Shown: one piece after another, positions 58,001-64,000 of the stretch
Numbering within the stretch: the stretch's first letter is position 1
Layout: each line of letters opens with the position of its first letter
DNA from: Guillardia theta CCMP2712
Lineage: Eukaryota; Protista; Cryptophyta
Length of the DNA: 64,000 nucleotides
Assembly (NCBI RefSeq): GCF_000315625.1
Contig: NW_005434571.1
Coordinates: forward strand, 76,027 to 140,026
Reading direction: 5' to 3'
The notes under the pieces: generated by a model
What the model was told of the DNA's origin: nothing
Seen by the model: only the letters and a program-made list of their open reading frames with translations
The model's database searches: none
Program-made: the position numbers and the translations under genes

Positions 58001-61000
58001 ACCTTGAGGGTGAAGTCGGACTCGTTGCCAAACCAGAGGACCGCTGAGAGGTTCATGAGCCCGTACCCTTGCTCGACACTTGGGCTGCTGTCAGGCTGCT
58101 TCCACTGCCAGTCGTTTCCTTCGCTCGCATAGATGTATCCCCAGGTGCGGTCACGGACAAGACGGCTGCCGGAGATGGCGAGGTTTCGAACCTGACGTCC
58201 GCTCTGTATGATCATCGCTTTCACCAGCGCTGAAGAAGGATTTATCCCCGCAGACACGTTGCGTGCTCCGCGGGCATGGAACCCCTCCGTGAAGTACTGC
58301 CGCACGATCGCCGCTGCTCCTGCTGCTGCTGGCGTCGCCATGGACGTGCCGCTCTTCTCAACGATGCAGCTGTCCTGCATGCCAATAGAGGACGCGCACT
58401 GAAAGCTTTGAGCAAGGCCATCAGACGAGGCTGAGAAGATATTCTGACCAGGAGCAACTATGTCAGGCTTGTTCCGGAGATCAAACGTCGGCCCTCGTGA
58501 GGAGAAGTAGGAGAGATCAGTGTGCTGAAAGCTCTGCGCTGTTCGCTCTGCGCTGACCACAGGAAGTTGCCCGGACATGACTTCATAGTAGCACAACGAC
58601 CCTGTGCCGCTGATGCACGTCTGCCTCTTGGAGAGAGATTGTAAGTTGTACACGTCCAAGCCGGCAACGCCAGCGACGGGAATGGTGATGGAGCGGGCGA
58701 CGTCAGGCCTTGAGGACCCGGTGAGGTGGAGAGGCTCGCTTTGCCTGTAGGGCTGATAGAGCAGCAGCCCCACGGCTCCGAAGAACTGAGCGTTAGAAGC
58801 CATCACAGCTTCATCACATGTGCCTGAGTAGTAAGAGATGTACGGGGCCAAGATGATCTTGCCGGTAAAGGAATGGCGGAAGTACGACCTCGCCGTGTTC
58901 TCAAAGTTCGATATCATGTAAGAGTTGCGCTGCCTGGGAAGAAACGAGTGCACCGCGAATCCTCTGATCATCAACTGAACATAGTCTGCAGTGTCTCCAT
59001 AAGCTCCGAAAGAGATGGTGATTGAGCGGTTTGAAAACAGGTTGATCTGAAACTCATTGTACATGGAATATTCACTAGTGTAAGCTCTGACGAACAAAGA
59101 ATATCCTTGTACTCCTTGTTCTTGGAACCTCTTTCCAGCAACGAAGGATGGTCGAAACTCAGCTTCTTCATCGACCCGCAGGAGGGGTAAGTCGATCAGC
59201 TGAGAGCTAGAGCCGAAGAAGATCGACCCAGATCTCGTGACTATCAACTGCTGGCTTGAATTGTGCCCTAGAATACAGAAGTCCATGCCGACATCTACCT
59301 GGGTCAAGTGAAATTCTCCAGAGTAATAGTTATAGTTGCTGTTTGTTTGGCTTGCTGAATCGTAGAGCACATCCCAAGACGGGCGATTGTTGGACAGCAA
59401 GTAAGCAATCACCCCGCTGTTGCTTCCCCAGCACGCTCCATAGTAGGGGTCGACAGTCGGGTCATAGTGGACCTGAACTTGGATAGATCTCGAAGCTGTC
59501 GCAGGCAGGCGGTGAACGTAGCTCATGGTCATGCTGCAATCGGTCACGATCTTGCTTGTGTCGAAGGGGAGGTACTCTCCGTCTACTGTTATGCTTGAGA
59601 CGCGAGAAACAAACCCGTCGGCGGTGTACCAGATGAAACCAACCTCGATGATGAGCTCCATGACCGTGCTGGAAGCGTCGTAGACGGGGATGTTGAAGTT
59701 GAATACACAATCCTGAGGCACAGGCCAGCTATATGAAGAACAGCTTGCCGTCTGTTCTACCGAGACATGGCCGGAGAAATAGTCGTAGCCGACCAACTGT
59801 GGGTTGTTCTGCCAAGTCCCTGAGATGGCAGAATGGTTGGAATCTGCAGAGCATGATCTCCCACTCTCTTGAACGGGAAGGCAAAGAAGAGAAGACAAAT
59901 CAGAACATCGCGATCCCCACAGGTAGTAAGAATTGATATAGCAAAAATTGTTGAAGTCCTGCATGACCACAGGAGCGGATAGCGGTGTCATGGAGTCTGT
60001 CAAAGGAAGACCGAATGTAGCAGGAAGAATGTCGAGCAGCTTGTAGTACATACCATCGCTCATCGACAGTGACAGGTTGTAATATTCGCCATAACCGTGA
60101 GCTATGTAAGCCTCCCGGGTGTTCATGCTGGAACCCACGGAGAGAACGTTCTTGGCGCTCGCAGGAGATCCGACGGAGAAGTGGTAAGGTCCAGAGTTCC
60201 CAGCAGCAAACACGATGAGGAAGTCATCGTGGTCGTACATGTACGCGTCGGTCTCGTGCGAAGTGAAGTAGTAATAAGATCCTCCGCCGCTACCCCAGGA
60301 ATTAGAATGCACTCTGGCCCCGTTCTCATACGCATGAGGGTAAAGGCCGTGATACAAGTCCCAGGGCAGGTAGTTCAGATAGTAATCCGTGTTTGAGATG
60401 TCGTCAAAGACTATCTTTGCTCCCGCTGCTGTTCCGTTGTATTGAGAAGCCAACGAGTGATCGGGTGAAGCAGCGCCGGCCACTGTGCCGGCCACATGCG
60501 TTCCGTGACCATGCAAGCTATCGTAGGAGAACGCTGCGGGAGGTGGCGGCGTGAAGGAGTTGTAGGAGATGATCTTACGATGAGTCGTCCGCGAAGGGCA
60601 CTGGAGCGAGCATCCTCCATAGTTGTACATGTAGCAGTTGTTGCAAACGTACACAGCTCGCTGAGCATCATGGAAGAAACAAGAGTCGAAGTCAATGCCG
60701 GTGTCTGAAATGCCAACTATCTGGCCGGTGCCGTTGAGACCTCTCTTCTGCAGCCCATCATGGATGGATTCTCCTTTATAGGCTCCCTTCACGACAAGGG
60801 ATGCGTGCATGTTCAAAGTTTGATACTGCATTCTCCTCTCGATATACTTCACTGCTGCTTGGTTTGCAAGATAATTCACGATGAGATCCAGATGCTGAAA
60901 GTTTGTTTCGATTGAGAATTTGTTGTCTGACTTGGCCCATACCTGAGCAATCTTTCCCGTCTTGCTGGCGAAGAAGCTCTCCCACGATTTCAGAAGTTCG

Positions 61001-61897
61001 ACCGTCGAAGTTTTGTCGTCTTGAAGAGAGACAGACACCTCAAGGAAGACTGGGGCAGATACTTCAATCTCAGCCTTCGATCCTTCGGACGGATTCACGT
61101 CAGCTTGATTTAGGAAATTCATTCCTGCCATTTTAGGTCACAACAACATGGCAATGCATCGCATGGTTACCTGACGATCCCTTGTTGGTCATCCTCGTTT
61201 GTTTCATATGCTTCTCCTTCTGAGTTGCGCTGTTGAACCGGTTTCTGGGATGATCCATTGGGTCTCGATCATGAAAGTGAGTGTTGCCTCTCTTCTCCGG
61301 ATGCATGGGATCAGCGTTGATAAAGACGTCCTTCGCATTCGATGGGAGCATATTTTTGGTCTTGACCATCAATTCGTTGAGAGCAGGAGAGATTTTCATT
61401 CCAGCTGGAAGATGGTAGACAGCTTCGACGCCGTTGATTGCTTCGACTCGACTCTTCATATGAAACTCCATGGCCACTACGTAAGTGTCGTAAGGGATGT
61501 ACTGCAAATATTTGTCCCCGCTCGCCACTTTCAAGGCCTGCATCAGGTTTGGAGGGGAAGGATGTTGAACCCTCACCAGGTAATGACTCTTGCCAGAAGC
61601 TTCGAGGTTGAGCTCAAGATCTGTAGGGACATCTTGCACTGTAGTCCTTAGCTTCGTCTGACTGCGCTGCTGTGTGTGATGATGCAGCGCCGCCATCGGG
61701 TTATGGATCAGCAAAGGTCTGCCAGGAAGGTCCTTCACTGATATGGTGGAAGCGCGCGCTCGCTCCCCGCGGAGCGGCTCCTCATTGTGAGGTCCTCCAG
61801 TGTCTGTCTGGATGGCTGCTGTACAGCACACGACTAGCCCTAAGCATGCGATTATCCTCATCATCCTCCCTCCCCTCTCATTCTCGCCAGCGGCCAT
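55018..61897 (-). CDS. Large secreted S8 subtilase (KP-43-like) with PA, EGF, Cys-rich CDDGN repeats and a CUB-like domain; intron 61125-61170
   Basis: Signal peptide MMRIIACLGLVVCCTAA; triad DTGID / HGTHVAGT / GTSMATP; AAGNSG; TLVWTDPP..NNLDL..NNVEQ. A 46-bp GT-AG intron joins the two ORFs in frame. Confidence 0.9.
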
Positions 61898-62164
61898 GAT
61901 ACGTTTCGACCTACCCCACCCTTTTCCTTTTATAGACAAAACGATGGGCCGCTCAAGTCAAGTAGGGACCTTCGATAGGCTTGGTCCTACGGGTCCTACG
62001 GCTTGCCCCTATCAGCTGGGGCATATCACCCTATTAAAGTACCCTGTCAGTGATGGCTCGGGGAAGGGGTGGAGTACAGGCCACAGTCCCGTTGTGTACC
62101 CGGAGCTCGCGGCTGCCCAGCAGCCGGGTCAGCATTAGGCAACCTGCCGTACTAATGATTGTCC

Positions 62165-63550
62165 TCGTACTGATTTTTAACTTAACTAAAATAAAATGAG
62201 CAAACAGAGGTGAGCACTACTACTGTGATATAATACTCATTTTTTAACTAAAATCAACAATCATTGTGGTAAAGTTGCCCACCTGGTCCAGCAGGCCCTA
62301 GTGGTGGCCATTAGCATGCCCCGGGTCAGGCTGGCGGGGCCCGGATCCGGCATGATGATGATCGCCGGGCCCGCCATGATCGGCGGCGCCCGGGCGGCCG
62401 GAGTCACTCGGCCGGCCCGTCATCGGACACTGTCAGGCCGGGCCGCGCTCAGGGTCTGAGTCCGAGTCCGCGCCCGGCCGGCCCGTACTACTACGTGACG
62501 GGTAGTACGGTCCGGCCCCCGACTCGTGCCAGTGACCACGGCGGGCCGCCGGGCCGGGCCCCGGGCCCTGAGTCGGAGGCGGGCACGCACTGACCGCCGT
62601 CCCGTCGGACTCCCGGCGGGCGGGGGCGGGGGCGGGCCGGGCCGCCGCGCCCCGGGCTGAGAGGACCCGCGCCGTCGTGTCCCGGAGTCCGGGGACAGAA
62701 CTTTCACTTCGGAAGCTGCCAGGCTAGGCTGTGAGGCTTGCCACGCCGGTGACTTCCGGGCCCGGCGGCCGCTGTGGCTCCGCGGCGGCCGCCCGGCGTT
62801 ACAGCACTGCGGCAGATCGGACTCTTCGACGACTCTGACGGACTTGCCGGATTTCTACCGGCCCGGGCCCGGCCGGGATGGGGACTCGCCGCCGGCCCGT
62901 GGGCGCGACAGTCACCGCCCGATCTTTCACCCGCAACTAGAGTCAGTGAGCCGGGCTCAAAACCAAAATTGAAACCCTGCCACTGTGATTTAGAGATTAG
63001 TTACGAGGACCGTTGAAGCGAACTTGGAACGGTCACGAGATCAGTGTTTGAACTTGAAGTTTCAACGCGGCGTCGGATCCGGTCGCCGTTCGCGTGATCG
63101 GACTCAGCCTGCCGCGGCCCGGCCGCCGGCAGTCAGGCTCGGCCGGGCACGCCACCGGCGTGCCGCCCGTGACAGTCACTGCCGGAGTGACCGCCCGTCT
63201 GTCAGAGCCTCGGAGGACAATCCGAGGAGCCTGGAGAGTCCGATCCGACGGTCCCCGCGACGAGGAGGCTTGAACCTGTCACTGTCGCACCGTGGGAAAA
63301 GACGGCGAGAACCAACCCTCATGCCGCAGTGCCCGGATTGCTGTCCCCCAAACTCAGTGACTAACAGTGCCCGATACAGGCTACCTCCACTCAGCCGATC
63401 GGACTACTTTACTACTGCCGGGGCTACTGGCAGTTACTAGCCCCTCCTGTCCGTCCCGATTGATTAACGGCCGTCGGTGAGGAGGGCCCCGGCAGCCGCT
63501 TAGCCTGTCGAGCACACAGAAAGGCTACCTGGTGACCGCCCGCGGCAACA
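62165..63550. repeat. GC-rich palindromic-word island preceded by the TACTGATTTTTAACTTAAC motif
   Basis: Motif at 62165-62190; same vocabulary. Confidence 0.8.
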
Positions 63551-64000
63551 GGTGAGCAAGCGATGAGTCAGCTGAGAACTCTGATTGAGATAGGTGGATT
63601 GTAAACTCAAGGAAGAGATAGACAGGTGTTATGATATGGTCAGTCGCGTCGACTAAAATCGTGTTGTTTCCCAACAAAAGCTAACATGCAGTCCATTCCA
63701 ATGTTTCACTTCATTGTTACTCACTACACCTGATCCGAGGGTGTCTACAGTCCCGAATGTGTTGAGAATGTGTTGAAGCGTGTTGCAGAATGATACCGAA
63801 CATGATGCTGTGTAGAATACAACTTTCTGTGATTTGCATCAAGTTACGCTCATTCCGAGCAAACAGATCTATGGAAATGGATCCAAGGGGTGCTTGAATG
63901 GAACAAGAAACTCCGAACAAGACTGCAAAACAAACTCTTCCGGTAGTTGAAGTTCTTTGCTTGTCTGATTGTTGTCTTCATCATTGAGTGTCTGATTAGG

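Noticed and set aside
61133-61939. Separate 268-aa gene or a frameshift
   Set aside because: A 46-bp GT-AG intron joins it in frame to the subtilase ORF.

Overview
Eukaryotic nuclear DNA with short GT-AG introns. The style (RWP-RK and Zn2Cys6 expansions, intronic microsatellites) suggests a cryptophyte-like alga; this is inference only. Conserved genes: an RIIa-docking/guanylate-kinase/IQ protein, a Rav1/DMXL (rabconnectin-3 alpha) gene, two glutaredoxins with predicted N-terminal acylation, a kinesin-14, a TRAF-Zn-finger/beta-helix protein and a ~2,280-aa secreted subtilase. The 2-27.6 kb accessory region holds five multi-Zn2Cys6 copies, two RWP-RK copies, a truncated LTR retroelement with a tRNA-iMet primer-binding site, and three ~2.5-kb cassettes with inverted ends and no recognisable transposase. 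The most unusual signal is about 11 GC-rich islands made of 4-5-bp palindromic words. Paralog comparisons inside the window suggest they are ordinary DNA inflated by repeated micro-insertions. All alignments were done by eye and need computational confirmation.
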